From: Octopus sinensis
Lineage: Eukaryota
DNA length: 64,000 nt
Reading direction: 5' to 3'
Assembly (NCBI RefSeq): GCF_006345805.1
Contig: NC_043023.1
Coordinates: 7,502,001 to 7,566,000, forward strand
Part shown: positions 37,677 through 49,957 of the stretch, piece by piece
How the letters are laid out: every line of letters starts with the position of its first letter
Position numbering within the stretch: position 1 is the first letter of the stretch
Program-made: the position numbers and the translations under genes
Notes under the pieces: generated by a model
Told to the model about the DNA's origin: nothing
Database searches by the model: none
Seen by the model: the letters and a program-made list of their open reading frames with translations, nothing else

Positions 37677-37712
37677 CTTTAACATTTCGAGCCTACGCCC
37701 TTCCATAGAAAG
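37677..37712 (-). ncRNA. Second, more decayed copy of the 26040 hammerhead-like motif
   Basis: CUUU-CUAUGGA-A-GGGC(GUAG)GCUC-GAAA-UGU-U-AAAG; same flanking element (aagacgaagacaggtggtgta...). Confidence 0.35.
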
Positions 37713-37862
37713 GAACACAGAAAGAAACAAGGAGAGAAAATTAAAGAATGTGTAGTGGCTAGCAATCTATCATGGCGAAATGATATATATATAATTGGCA
37801 AAATTCAGGCCATAACAAACAAATAGGATGATCTTGAAGCCAAGGATTTTAAACTTATGGAG

Positions 37863-37915
<53 letters not shown>

Positions 37916-38189
37916 AACTTTAGGTCTCACCGAGGCAATGACTAGTGACCGAAACCTTTGGAAGTATGCTGTGCGTGAGAAGACCTGGCAGGACAGGTGA
38001 GACCATAACCCGTGGCTTCTACCTGGGATGTAGCCAGTCCACTTATGCATACCTTTCCTTCTTGGGACACAAGACTCTGCTTGTGAAGACCTGTTTGAGG
38101 CAAGTGAAATCGAAATCAATCAAAAATCAATGGAAATTGTAATTGTGATACCAGTGCTGGTGGCACGTAAAAGAACCATCCGAACATGC

Positions 38190-39005
38190 TGGTGGCACAT
38201 AAAAAGCAACAACCAATCGTGGCCGTTGCCAGCCTCCCCTGGCACCTGTGCTGGTGGCACGTAAAAGGCAACAACCAATCGTGGCCGTTGCCAGCCTCCC
38301 CTGGCACCTGAGCTGGTGGCACGTAAAAAGCAACAACCATCGTGGCCGTTGCCAGCCTCCCCTGGCACCTGTGCTGGTGGCACGTAAAAAGCAACAACCA
38401 ATCGTGGCCGTTGCCAGCCTCCCCTGGCACCTGTGCTGGTGGCACGTAAAAAGCAACAACCAATCGTGGCCGTTGCCAGCCTCCCCTGGCACCTGTGCTG
38501 GTGGCACGTAAAAAGCAACAACCATCGTGGCCGTTGCCAGCCTCCCCTGGCACCTGTGCTGGTGGCACGTAAAAAGCAACAACCAATCGTGGCCGTTGCC
38601 AGCCTCCCCTGGCACCTGTGCTGGTGGCACGTAAAAAGCAACAACCAATCGTGGCCGTTGCCAGCCTCCCCTGGACCTGTGCTGGTGACACATAAAAAGC
38701 AACAACCAATCGTGGCCGTTGCCAGCCTCCCCTGGCACTGTGCTGGTGGCACGTAAAAAGCAACAACCAATCGTGGCCGTTGCCAGCCTCCCCTGGCACC
38801 TGTGCTGGTGGCACGTAAAAAGCAACAACCAATCGTGGCCGTTGCCAGCCTCCCCTGGCACCTGTGCTGGTGACACATAAAAAGCAACAACCAATCGTGG
38901 CCGTTGCCAGCCTCCCCTGGCACCTGTGCTGGTGGCACGTAAAAAGCAACAACCAATCGTGGCCGTTGCCAGCCTCCCCTGGCACCTGTGCTGGTGGCAC
39001 GTAAA
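38190..39005. repeat. 60-62-bp minisatellite, about 13 near-identical units
   Basis: Unit ccaatcgtggccgttgccagcctcccctggcacctgtgctggtggcacgtaaaaagcaacaa inside a family D element. Confidence 0.95.
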
Positions 39006-40464
39006 CGTAAAAAGCACCCACTACACTCATGGAGTGGTTGGCGTTAGGAAGGGCATCCAGCTATAGAAACACTGCCAGATCAGACTGGAGCCTGGTGCAG
39101 CCTCCTAGCTTCCCAGATCCCAGTCAAACCATCCAACCCATGCTAGCATGGAAAAACGGACGTTAAACGATGATGATGATGAAGATGATATATATATATA
39201 TATGTATTCAATGACATTGGAGCTCAATACAGTCTGACAGCTCACCAGTTCCCTGTTAAAATGTCCTACCCATGCTAGCATGGAATGCAGACACAGAAAT
39301 TAAATGATGATGATGATGAAAGGCTTCTACACAGTTTCCATCAACAAAATTCCAGATTCACCAGAACTATAGTAAGAAAAAAAACTTGCCCAAGGTGCCA
39401 TGCAGTAGGACTGAACCCAAGACCATGTGGTTTCAAAGCAAGCCCAACTGATACAATTAGACCACATAACATCATCCAATGAGTCCTACTGTCTTGAATT
39501 TTCAAGAGCGATTTGGTTGCTATTTCTAGCAATTCAAGTGACCACATACTTACTCTCTCACTCTCATTCTTTCTCTCTAATTTTGCTCCCTTTCTCTGTA
39601 TCGTCTTTCTCTCTTTTGCCACTGTTTCTTTCCACTGTCACACCCATTCTCCCCCTCTCTTGCTTTCCCTTCACTTTCCTTGCTACTCCCTTACACTTAT
39701 ACTCTTTCCTACTCCTTAATATCTCTGAAATATTTTCCCAATAATTGCAGGCGTGGTTGTGTGGTTTGAGATGATTGCTTCTGAGTCATAGGGTCTTGAG
39801 TTCAGTCTCACTGCAGAGCACCGAAGTGGGGTCTTCTATAATGTCTAGCCAACCCATTGTCTAATGTGTCCTGTTTTGGAAGTTTGAGAGGGATTTGGTT
39901 GCTATTTCTAGCAGTTCAAAATACCACATAGAAGCTCTTATATTTTCTCTCTCCCTCCCTCTTTGTCTCACTCTCTGTATCTCTCTATTTCCCCCTTCAC
40001 ATTCCTTACCACTCTCTCACACTTATACTCTTTCTCTGTCTCTTAACATATTTCAAATATTTTGCCGGTATGTGCAGACATGTCCGCGTGGTAAGAAGCT
40101 TGCTTTCTAACTACACGGACCCGGGTTCAGTCCCATTGCGTGGCACCCATGGCAAGTGTCTTTTACTATAACCTAGGTCCGACCAAAGCCTTGTGAGTGG
40201 ATTTGCTAGAGAGAAACTGAAAGACGTCCGTCGTATTTATGTGTGTCTTTGTGTCTGTGTTTGTCGACATTCCCCACCCTCACCATCGCTTAACAACCGG
40301 TGGTGGTGTGTGTTTATATCCCCGTAATCTAGCGGTTCGACATAACAGACCGATAGAATAAGTCCTGGGGTCGATTTCTTCGACTAAAACCCTCTAAGGC
40401 GGTGCTTCAGAACGACCGCAGTCAAATGACCGAAGCAAAAGAATAAATGAATGTATATATATAT

Positions 40465-40855
40465 ATATACACATGAAGCACCGCCTAAAAGGGTTTTAGT
40501 CGAAGAAATCGACCCCAGGACTTATTCTATCGGTCATTTTGTCGAACCGCTAGTTTACGGGGATGTAAACCCACCACCATCGGTTGTCAAGCGACGGTGA
40601 GGGTGGGGAATATATATATATATATATAATAAATGGATATATATATATACATATATATTATATATATATGTATATATATATATATACACATGAAGCACCG
40701 CCTAAAAGGGTTTTAGTCGAAGAAATCGACCCCAGGACTTATTCTATCGGTCATTTTGTCGAACCGCTAGTTTACGGGGATGTAAACACACCACCATCGG
40801 TTGTCAAGCGACGGTGAGGGTGGGGAATATATATATATATATATATATATATATG
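40465..40855. repeat. Tandem duplication of a ~217-bp SINE A segment
   Basis: acatgaagcaccgcctaaaagggttttagtcgaag... occurs near 40471 and 40688. Confidence 0.85.
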
Positions 40856-42065
40856 ACAAGCTTCTTTTAGTTTCCGTCAACCAAATCCACTTACAAGGCT
40901 TTGGTTGGGCCGATACGGCAGAAGACACTTGCCCAAGGTACCACGCAGTAGGACTGAACCCGGAACCGCGTGGTTGAGAATAAGTAAAGAACATGGTTTT
41001 ATTTAATAGATACAGGTGCAAATGAATACATGTCTAAAGCAGAGTATGTTTAATCCTTATTAATCCACATTAAAAAGTAAAGAACAAAACTATTTTAAAT
41101 ACGCCGTAAGCAAATTGACCAACTTCGACACTTAGTACCGGATATTGCACAGTATTCTCGGATTTCTGGAAATGCCGGATTTCTGGAAGCCGATAGGGTC
41201 TCTCTCTCTCAGTTTTTCTCTATCTATCTATCTATCTACCAACCTCTGTCTAACCCTCCGTCTCGTTCTTTCATTCTGTCACTACCTCCAATACATCCTC
41301 TCTCACTATCACTACATATCGTTCTCACTTTCTCTTCCTGCCACTAATACTTCCTCTCTCACTAACACAACGTATCGTTCTGACACCCTCTTACTTGCTC
41401 TTTTACTCTATCTAACACACTCTCTCTCCCTGACATTCACAACGCTTCTTCCTTCTATCTACCTCCCTATAACTCACACTCTTCCTCTCTCTTTCTCCCT
41501 ATCGCTCTCCTACTCTGTCTATATATTCTACCCCGTCACTATCTCTTACTCTTTTACTATCTTCTACTCTCTTATTCTTTCACTCATTAGTCTTATTCTC
41601 TCACTCACTACAGCTCTTTTACTCTCACTATCACATACGCCATCGCTTTCGCTTTTCTACTCCATCACCATCTTATACTTTTATTCACCCACTCACTCAC
41701 TGCATCTCTTTCTCTCTTACTCCTTCATTCTTTTACTCTCTTACACTATCTCCTACTTACTCTCTTATACTTTTACTCTCTCACTATATCTTCCTCTTTG
41801 TCTCTCTTTCTCTCTCTCTCCTACTCCTTCACGCTTTTACGCTTTCAAACTATCTCCTATTCACTCACTATTACCTATCTGTCTGTCTCTTTCTCTCTCT
41901 CTCCCTCCTACTTCGTCACTCCTTTACTCTTTCAATCACTTCTACTCTCTCTCATACTATTCCCCCTATCTATCTATCTGTCTCACACTCTCACTCCTAC
42001 TCCGTCACTCCTGCACTTTCACAATCTCTTTTACTCTCATACCATTTCTCACTCGCTCACTCCCT

Positions 42066-42275
42066 CACTCACTATCTCCTGGTCTGTCTACCTCTATCTC
42101 TCCCCCTCACTCACTATCTCCTAGTCTGTCTACCTCTATCTCTCCCCCTCACTCACTATCTCCTAGTCTGTCTACCTCTATCTCTCCCCCTCACTCACTA
42201 TCTCCCAGTCTGTCTACCTCTATCTCTCCCCCTCACTCACTATCTCCTAGTCTGTCTACCTCCATCTCTCCCCTC
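42066..42275 (+). repeat. 42-bp minisatellite x5 at the end of a 1.1-kb CT-rich tract just upstream of the gene 2 start
   Basis: actatctcctagtctgtctacctctatctctccccctcactc recurs every 42 bp from 42071. Confidence 0.9.
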
Positions 42276-42350
42276 TCTCACTTCCTCTCGTTCCAAAACA
42301 CTCCACATTTCGTTACAGCAACACTTTTCCAAACCAGACGTCTTCTAACC

Positions 42351-42508
42351 ATGGCTGTGATGCATCGTCTTCGGGAAATCAGCGGAGAGATACTGAAGAA
42401 ACTTCCCAGCAGTCGTGAAGATGCTATTGCCGTCTACGTACCGACTTTTGGTGCCATCAGCTACAGTGTCTTTGCCCTCAACATTATGGAACACGCTAGA
42501 TTTAAAAG
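42351..42508 (+). CDS. Uncharacterised small multi-pass membrane protein, coding exon 1 (MAVMHRLREISGEILKKLPSSREDAIAVYVPTFGAISYSVFALNIMEHARFK)
   Basis: ACCATGG start context; balanced, non-repetitive coding sequence inside CT-rich DNA; AG|GTGCCT donor, phase 2, joins in frame to 55846. Confidence 0.8.
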
Positions 42509-43214
42509 GTGCCTTTCATATTTAATTCACCCTCATCTGATCTTCCGTCTTCCCTCCTCTCTGTACAGCCCCCCTTTTGTCTCCCCTGTTTTTTCTCTCC
42601 CTCTCTCTATATATATCTATCTATCTTTCTATCTCACCCCTCTCTGTATTCTTCCTTCGTCTCCTCCGTTTTTCTGTCTTCTAATTCTTCTTGTACGTGC
42701 CTGTGATGTACTTAGGATTGTTTTAAGGTCACATTTCTGTGGCACACACACACACATATACACATACACAAATATAGAGACAGACATACCTGCATGCATA
42801 CACATATACAACAATGCATACACAAATACATACACATACGCAGACACGTACAATATATACATACATATATGTGGACGCATATACACACACACACTCACTT
42901 TGTACTTTCACTTGTTTAAGGTCACATGTTCGAAGAACTCACACACAGGGCTATATACATACATACATTACCTATATAAATAAATATATATATATATATA
43001 TACCCAGAGGAGTTGATGACAGTAGAATTGAATGAATATATACATACATATATATGTGCTAAAGGGACTCCCTAAATCACACGTGCCGTCCCTTTCTATA
43101 TATACCCCCTTTATTCAATAACTCTTTATATCGTTGAATATCGTATAGAGGTACCCGGAGGTACCCTTAATATATATATATGGCAATCTTTCGTCTCTAG
43201 TAGACCAGATCGCC

Positions 43215-43265
<51 letters not shown>

Positions 43266-43787
43266 CTTTCTCTTTTACTTGTTTCACTTATTTGACTGTG
43301 GCCATGCTGGAGCACCGCCTTTGAGTGTGTGTATGTATATATATATATATAGAGAGAGAGAGAGATAGATAGATATGTGTGTATGTATATGTATGTGTGT
43401 GTGTGTATGTATATATATATATATATTATATATATATAATGATTGTAGCTCTTGGATTGTGTCCGTGTTGGGTCAAGCACTTCCAAGGGTATTTTCTATT
43501 TACATTAGCGACTCTACGTGACTTTCTTGCTTATGGGATGTTGAGCATGCTAGAAATAGCAGCTACGGATAGATGATATCTCTCAAATGAAGCTCTACTG
43601 TCTGGGACCGGGACATTTTGGATTGGGTTGTATAATGTGTAGCCTTGTGTTCGATGTGTTTTGGTAATAGACTGGGTGGTCACGGCTAGATTGATTTTGT
43701 AACTTTGATCATGGGTCTCTGCTAGATCAGGTCTGACCGGGAACTAAACGGCAAACGGTGCCCCTCAGCATACACGTATGTACGTGC

Positions 43788-43842
<55 letters not shown>

Positions 43843-44018
43843 GTTTGTATATTTACAGTGCACATTATGTATACGTATATATAGAGTAAGACAGACAGGT
43901 GTTCCTATATATAGATATAAGGTGTATGTATGCATACATAGCGAGACACCTATACATAGATATGGTATATGTATATATAAGGGCACAGATGTGTGTATAG
44001 GTGTCCCTTTCGAACAGC

Positions 44019-44283
44019 GTCGGAAATTATTTAGTGCGCCAAAAGCTAAAATATTTTCGGATATGCGAATGTCTTCAAAACATCTGAGATTGTAATTCTT
44101 CCAAATATATACGTTAACTTTTTAAGACATAAATCTGAAAATGAAGTAGGGAAGGAGATACAAAATTCCCCTTTTGCCATTAAATTTTTTGTTTCTTTTG
44201 CGAAATCATTAATCTACGACGTTTAAAACAGACATTTAACCTGTAGACATTACGCGGTTTTGGCGCACTAGCTAATTACCGAC
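44019..44283. mobile_element. TIR MITE, superfamily unclear
   Basis: tcggaaattatttagtgcgccaaaa versus reverse complement tcggtaattagctagtgcgccaaaa. Confidence 0.55.
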
Positions 44284-44868
44284 CATTTTCTGTAGGAACG
44301 TGTATGCATGCATGCATGTATGTATGTATATATATATATACACACACATATATGTGTGTATTTATGTATATAGCTAGATCGAATGTGTCTATATGTGTGT
44401 GTGTGTGTGTATCTCTTTTACTCTTTTAATTGTTCCAGTCATTTGACTGTAGCCATGCTGGAGCACCGCCTTTTTAGTCGAGGAAATCGACCCCAGGACT
44501 TATTCTTTGTAAGCCTAGTACTTATTCTATCGGTCTCGTTTGCCGAACCGCTAACTTACGGGGACGTAAACACACCAGCATCGGTTGTCAACCGATGTTG
44601 GTGGAGTGGGGGACAAACACAGACACACACATATGTATATACATATTTACGACGGGCTTCTTTCAGTTTCCGTCTACCAAATCCACTCACAAGGCTTTGG
44701 TTGGCCCGAGGCTATAGTAGAAGACACTTGCCCAAGGTGCCACGCAATATATTTATTTATTTATTGATAAAAATGGCAAGACAACAAAAGAATTATAGAG
44801 ACCTCGATATTATGTAAATAGAGGAATTTATCTGTAAATATAATATGTGACAATTATTCGGTAGCCAT

Positions 44869-44929
44869 GAGAAAACTCCGAGTTTCGGATGTCTGGGCGG
44901 AAATCCACGCCGGCATCTCTTCAGTTATC
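44869..44929 (-). ncRNA. Inverted, slightly diverged copy of the 44959 hammerhead
   Basis: GAUAA-CUGAAGA-GAUG...CAUC-C-GAAA-CUCGGAG-UU-UUCUC; GUU triplet and one stem I mismatch. Confidence 0.6.
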
Positions 44930-44958
44930 CGGCCATGGAGCATTTTTTTCGATGGCCC

Positions 44959-45019
44959 GATAACTGAAGAGATGCCAGCGTGGGTTTCCGCCTCGACATC
45001 CGAAACTCGGAGTCTTATC
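44959..45019 (+). ncRNA. Type I hammerhead ribozyme motif with canonical core
   Basis: Stem I GAUAA/UUAUC; CUGAAGA at 44964-44970; stem II GAUG/CAUC with one extra C; GAAA at 45002-45005; stem III ACUC-G-GAGU; GUC triplet (C at 45014). Confidence 0.75.
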
Positions 45020-45097
45020 ATGGCTACCGAATAATTGTCACATATTATATATATATATATATATATATAAAACTGGGGTCAATTTGTTCAACTAAGC

Positions 45098-45325
45098 CAG
45101 CGGTTTTCAACAATTTTTTTTTTACCTGTGGACCCGTTTGATTCCTATTTTACACTAGTGGACCCCTATAGCCATTTTGATCTTTACAATGAACCTGTTG
45201 CATTTTTATTATTAAATATCAAGAATTGTATTTTAAAAATTGTTAAAATATTGTGTTCATTGTAGAAGTATAGCCAATTTATTGCACGACAAAATTTTAT
45301 ATGAACTCTGGTTGAAAACCACTAG
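45098..45325. mobile_element. hAT/Charlie-type MITE
   Basis: TIRs CAGCGGTTTTCAAC / GTTGAAAACCACT; decayed 8-bp TSD (aactaagc / gactaaac). Confidence 0.6.
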
Positions 45326-45529
45326 ACTAAACACTTCAAGGCATTGTGCCAGTAAGGCCGCAGTTCAGTTACTGAAATAAGTAAAATATAAAAGTGTATA
45401 TATATATTGTTTTTAGAAAACATAAATCCGAAAGAAGAAGCACACTCATATGATGTAGAGCAGTATGTATTAAATCCTTTATGGACGGGAAACCTAAGGT
45501 AATCCATAAACTGGCCTTCCCCATTTTAA

Positions 45530-45595
<66 letters not shown>

Positions 45596-45596
<1 letters not shown>

Positions 45597-45751
45597 TTTA
45601 TTTAAAGCAGCAGAAAATTCAACAAAACCTGTTACTCTGAGTTTCCCGTTGCCGTTCGTCGGACAGTTTTTGCTAGAAAACTGTCCGACGAACGGCAACG
45701 GGAAACTCAGAGTAACAGGTTTTGTTGAATTTTCTGCTGCTTTAAATAAAG
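45596..45751. repeat. Perfect 75-bp inverted repeat with 6-nt loop (TGCTAG)
   Basis: 45596-45670 is the exact reverse complement of 45677-45751; left end abuts a long (TA)n; right arm continues as non-duplicated element sequence to about 45825. Confidence 0.9.
45677..45723 (+). ncRNA. Hammerhead-like motif, CCGACGA core, GUA triplet (identical copy on minus strand at 45624-45670)
   Basis: Stem I AAAACUGU/ACAG(G)UUUU; CCGACGA; short stem II CG-GCAA-CG closed by A.G; GAAA; stem III ACUC-A-GAGU; A17 at 45714. Confidence 0.55.
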
Positions 45752-46708
45752 CATATTACTCTACCACTGGTATTTGAGTACTCTTTTTTCCACCTTGTTT
45801 CACATTTATGTGTTTACTCCGGTATATATATATATATATATAACCATCCTAAGGATACAGGTTTTGTTAAGGGCCTGCGAATCTTGAACTAGCGCAGAAT
45901 CCAAATCAAACCATTTTGAATACTACATGTAACTCACAATTAATGTATTGAGTACCCTTTCTTTCGTTTATCCACTCACTCATATATATATATATATATT
46001 CACACAGCCTTATATACACACGCTGACATAGAACCAAGGTGAAACTCTTTATTCGCAATATTACCGAATCTGGAACTTAACTATGATCTGTCTATAGCAC
46101 TTATTCAGCATTACCTGACACCTTTGGGTCTCAATGACACCATTATCTCATATAACCTCAACTATATCATATATATCTTGTACTGGATCTCGGTCACTCG
46201 ACTACGGCCATACGAGAGCCACTGTCGTAATGGTTTTAATCTTTGGGGTGTACTTTTGATGTATGTGTGTTTGCAGGGCCGGTTTTAAGCCAGTAAGACA
46301 GATTTGTTCAAATAAGGCCCCGTGCCTAGAGATGGCCCTGCAAGCACGCTCGAGTGGAAGACATTATGATGAATTTTCAGTTTATCATTTGGGCTAATGG
46401 TGGGGGCCTGACGCCCTCAGCGCTTTTTTGGCTGGGACTGGCGGACTACACGAAGCATAAAACATCAACCTCCACTTTTTGTGGATTAGATGGCACCCCT
46501 GACTATTCTCTGATTGGGCTAGACACTTCCTAGCGCTAACCCTGGTGACTGATTGTGATTTCGTCTGATGAGGGATAGTCTCATTCATGAAAATGGATCC
46601 ACTATTAACCGTCTAAATTACGAAAAATAATAATTAAAACAAACGTTTGGTATTACTTGCATGGAGATGCAGAAGAGTCTGGCGCTAGATGCTGATATAT
46701 ATATATAT

Positions 46709-46750
<42 letters not shown>

Positions 46751-47704
46751 ACATTTTATTACACGCTGGCCACATGATATAATCTTTGAAATAGTTTATC
46801 ATTAATTCTATATATATATATATATATCAAAAGATAGTTATGGCGTGTCTGGGGTTATCTAGGGTTTCGCGTCCTACTGACGAATATATATTATTTATAT
46901 ATATATATATATATAATATATATATATATATATAGATATATATATATTACTTGCTTCAGTCATTAGACTGAGGCCATGTTGGAGCATCGCCTTGACGTGT
47001 TTAGTCGAATGAATCGATTCTAGTTCTTTTTAAAACCTGGTAGTCATTCTGTTGGTCTCTTTTGGTGAACCACTAAGTTACGGGGACGTTAACAAACCAA
47101 ATTGGTTATCAGACGATTGTGGGGGACGGACTTCTTTCATTTTCCGTCTACCAAATCCACTCACAAGGCTCTGGTCGGCTCGAGGTGTCACACAGTGGGA
47201 CTGAACCCGGAACCATGTAGTTGGGAAGTATAAACACACACACACACAAACGTCAGCATATTTCCTGTCTACGAAATCTCACTCGGTATGGTTCTATTAC
47301 TCAACCTGAAGTGACACGATAAAAGACTCTGGCCAAAATCGACTCCAAGTGTGTGGTTCGATCCTGAATACATTCAGAAAGTTGGTCCTCCAGCCAGGCC
47401 TTTCGCGACACCCTTAAAGCCTAGAATTTTTCGGCAGCCTCTCGTGTGCGTGTGTGTGTGTTTGTAATTGGGTTTTTCCAATGTGAAACTAATCTGCTAA
47501 AGCATAACTTCCGGTTAAAGTGAAAGTGTTTCGTTAAAAACGTTTTCATTATTGTCTTCTGTATGTAAGATAGTGTGGAGGCGCAGTGGCCTGGTGGTTA
47601 GGGCAGCGGATTCGCGGTCGTAGGATCGCAATTTCGATTGTGAGTGTTTATTGAGTGAAAACACCTAAAGCTCCATGAGGCTCCAGCAGCCTTGTCACAC
47701 TCTG

Positions 47705-48120
47705 GGATCTTTTCGGTTTGAACGGCAGTTTTTAACATAATTACTAGGTAACTAAACACTTTTAAACTTCGTATACTGGTAGAATGTGTTTATAAAACAT
47801 CTTTTTCTCTTGGCTTACTTGAGAAAATTCTATAGTTGTAAGATATTTGTTATTTTTTTTCTTCAATTTCTGCAATTTCAACCAATCAATGACCGTCTAT
47901 TGAGGTGTAAGCATTCTGTGCCGTATGAAAATGTCCCTCGTTTAAGAAACAGATTGGATTTATTTACATTTCTGGGAAAAAAAAAGATATCCTTCCCCCA
48001 CCCCTAACCCTAACCCCAAAACAGATTGAAATGCAATAGATCGATACTAGGGTCATAATTATGGGTGACAATTTCATATGACACTGCTAGAAAAAACTGC
48101 CGGTCAAACCGAAAAGATCC
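47705..48120. mobile_element. Non-autonomous TIR element with perfect 8-bp TSD (ACACTCTG); Merlin- or hAT-like
   Basis: TIRs GGATCTTTTCGGTTTGAACGGCAGTTTTT; TSD at 47697-47704 and 48121-48128; inserted in a SINE. Confidence 0.85.
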
Positions 48121-48767
48121 ACACTCTGTGTCACGTTGAATCTCCCCAAGAACTACATTAAGGGTGCACGTGTCTGTGGAGTGCTCAGCCACTTGCACGT
48201 TAATAAATGAGTTGCGACGTCACTGGTGTCAAGCTGTATTGGCCTTTGTCTTCCCCTTGGATAACACTGGTGGCGTGGAGAGAGGAGGCCGGTATGCATG
48301 GTCGATTGCTGGTCTTCCATAAACAACCTTGCCCAGACTTGTACCTCCGAGGGTAACTTTTGAGGTGCAATCCCATGGTCATTCATGACCAAAGGGGGTC
48401 GCAACACACAATGTAGGATAGAGAATCCACCGACATGGCAGAACGGTCAACACGCTGGACAGAAATATTTAACAGTATTTCTTCCGTTTTCATATTATAA
48501 ATCCGAATTCCGCTGTGGTCAACTTTACTTTCCGACTTAGTACTCTCAAAGAAAAATGGACCCGCACTAGTCATTAAGAAAAGGGAAAATAAAACAAATT
48601 TTGAAATTGGAGTGGCTGTGTGGTAAGTAGCTTGCTTACCAACCACATGGTTTCGGGTTCAGTCCCACTGTGTGGCACCTTGGGCAAGTGTCTTCTACTA
48701 TAGCCTCGGGCCGACCAAAGCCTTGTGAGTAGATTTGATAGACGGAAACTGAAAGAAGCCCATCGTG

Positions 48768-48799
<32 letters not shown>

Positions 48800-49957
48800 T
48801 ATATGTGTTTGTCCCCCCAACATCGCTTGACACGATGATGGTGTGTTAACGTCCCCGTAACTTAGCAGTTCAGCAAAAAAGACTGATAGAATAAGTACTA
48901 GGCTTACAAAGAATAAGTACTGGGGTCGATATGCTCAACTGAAGACGGTGCTCCAGCATGGCCACAGTCTAATGACTGAAACAAGAGTAAAAGCAAACCA
49001 TTCCGGAAGATGTTTTAAAATGTTCTGTAGGCATTAATCCCCGGTCTTCCTATATTCTTCCCTCCAAAGAAATTCATCTAACTGGGATTCAATCATATCT
49101 GTTTGTACTTCCATCATACTCTTGACTTTACCTGTGTATAATTCAATACTTTCTTCTGCTTTAGAGATGACTATGTAGCATCAAAACTCTGAATCATCAT
49201 CATCATCATCATTTAACGTCTGCTTTCCATGCTTGAATGGGTTGGACTGCACCAGGTTCCAATCTCATCTGGCAGCATTTCTACAGCTGGATGCCTTTCC
49301 TAACGCCAACCACTCCGAGAGTGTAGTGGGTGCTTTTATGTACCACCGGTACAAGGGCCAGTCAGGCGGTACTGGAGATGGCCATGCTCAAATGGTGTTT
49401 TTTACGTGCCACCTGCACAGTAGCCAGTCCAGCGGAACTGGTAATGACCACGCTCGTTTGTTGTTTTTCACATGTTTCATTTTCATGTGCCAGTAAGGTG
49501 ATGCTGGTAATGATCACACTCAAATGGTGCTTTTTGTGTGCCATTGGCATGGGAGCCAGTCAGCAACCCTGGCAACGATCACGCTCGGGTGGTGCTTTAA
49601 CGTTCCGTCATCGGCCACGTGTGCGAATTTGGTATGGCAAAATATCATAAAACATTTTAAATAACAATAAATCGAATTATACCGAAATGAATAACATTTT
49701 ATTTCAATTTCAGAATTGTTTTATTTTCACTGAATGACTAGCGCGGGTTCACTCTTCTTCATGACTACCTTTCACCCTTTTGGGGTCAATAAAATTTTTG
49801 CCATTCTTCTATTATCCTACAATACACCTGGTACCATATTATGATACAATGTGAGCACTGAAACAAATATGTAGGATGGTGGATAGATTGTATGGTTGGT
49901 TTGCTGTGGCCCTTAAAATGAAAGTGTTCCATTAAAAGAATTTAACCCTTTTCTTGC

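Larger units (their letters stand above)
44838..45050. mobile_element. Fold-back element, ~97-bp imperfect arms with ~15-nt spacer; probable inverted Penelope-like pseudo-LTR
   Basis: Arm 44838-44936 is the reverse complement of 44952-45050 with few mismatches; each arm holds a hammerhead; the right end abuts (TA)n. Confidence 0.7.

Noticed and set aside
38190-39005. CRISPR-like appearance of regular repeats (also 60470-62130)
   Set aside because: Head-to-tail units with no unique spacers, eukaryotic context, no cas genes.
38116-39030. 280-300-aa repetitive ORFs in three frames
   Set aside because: Consequence of a stop-free 62-bp minisatellite.
41145-42983. 612-aa plus-strand ORF as a single protein
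   Set aside because: Mostly CT-rich low complexity; only 42351-42508 has coding character and splice support.
43176-43216. Hammerhead-like remnant on the minus strand (CUG-GUC...GAC-GAAAG in a 6-bp closing stem)
   Set aside because: Lacks ANGA of the core and the NUH site; at best a doubly deleted relic.
46560-46605. CTGATGA...GAAA spacing
   Set aside because: No 10.1-11.1 pair adjacent to GAAA and no stem I; likely chance.
46855-46885. Stem II + GAAAC half-motif (minus) overlapping CTGACGA (plus)
   Set aside because: Truncated by (TA)n; a full fold cannot be built on either strand.
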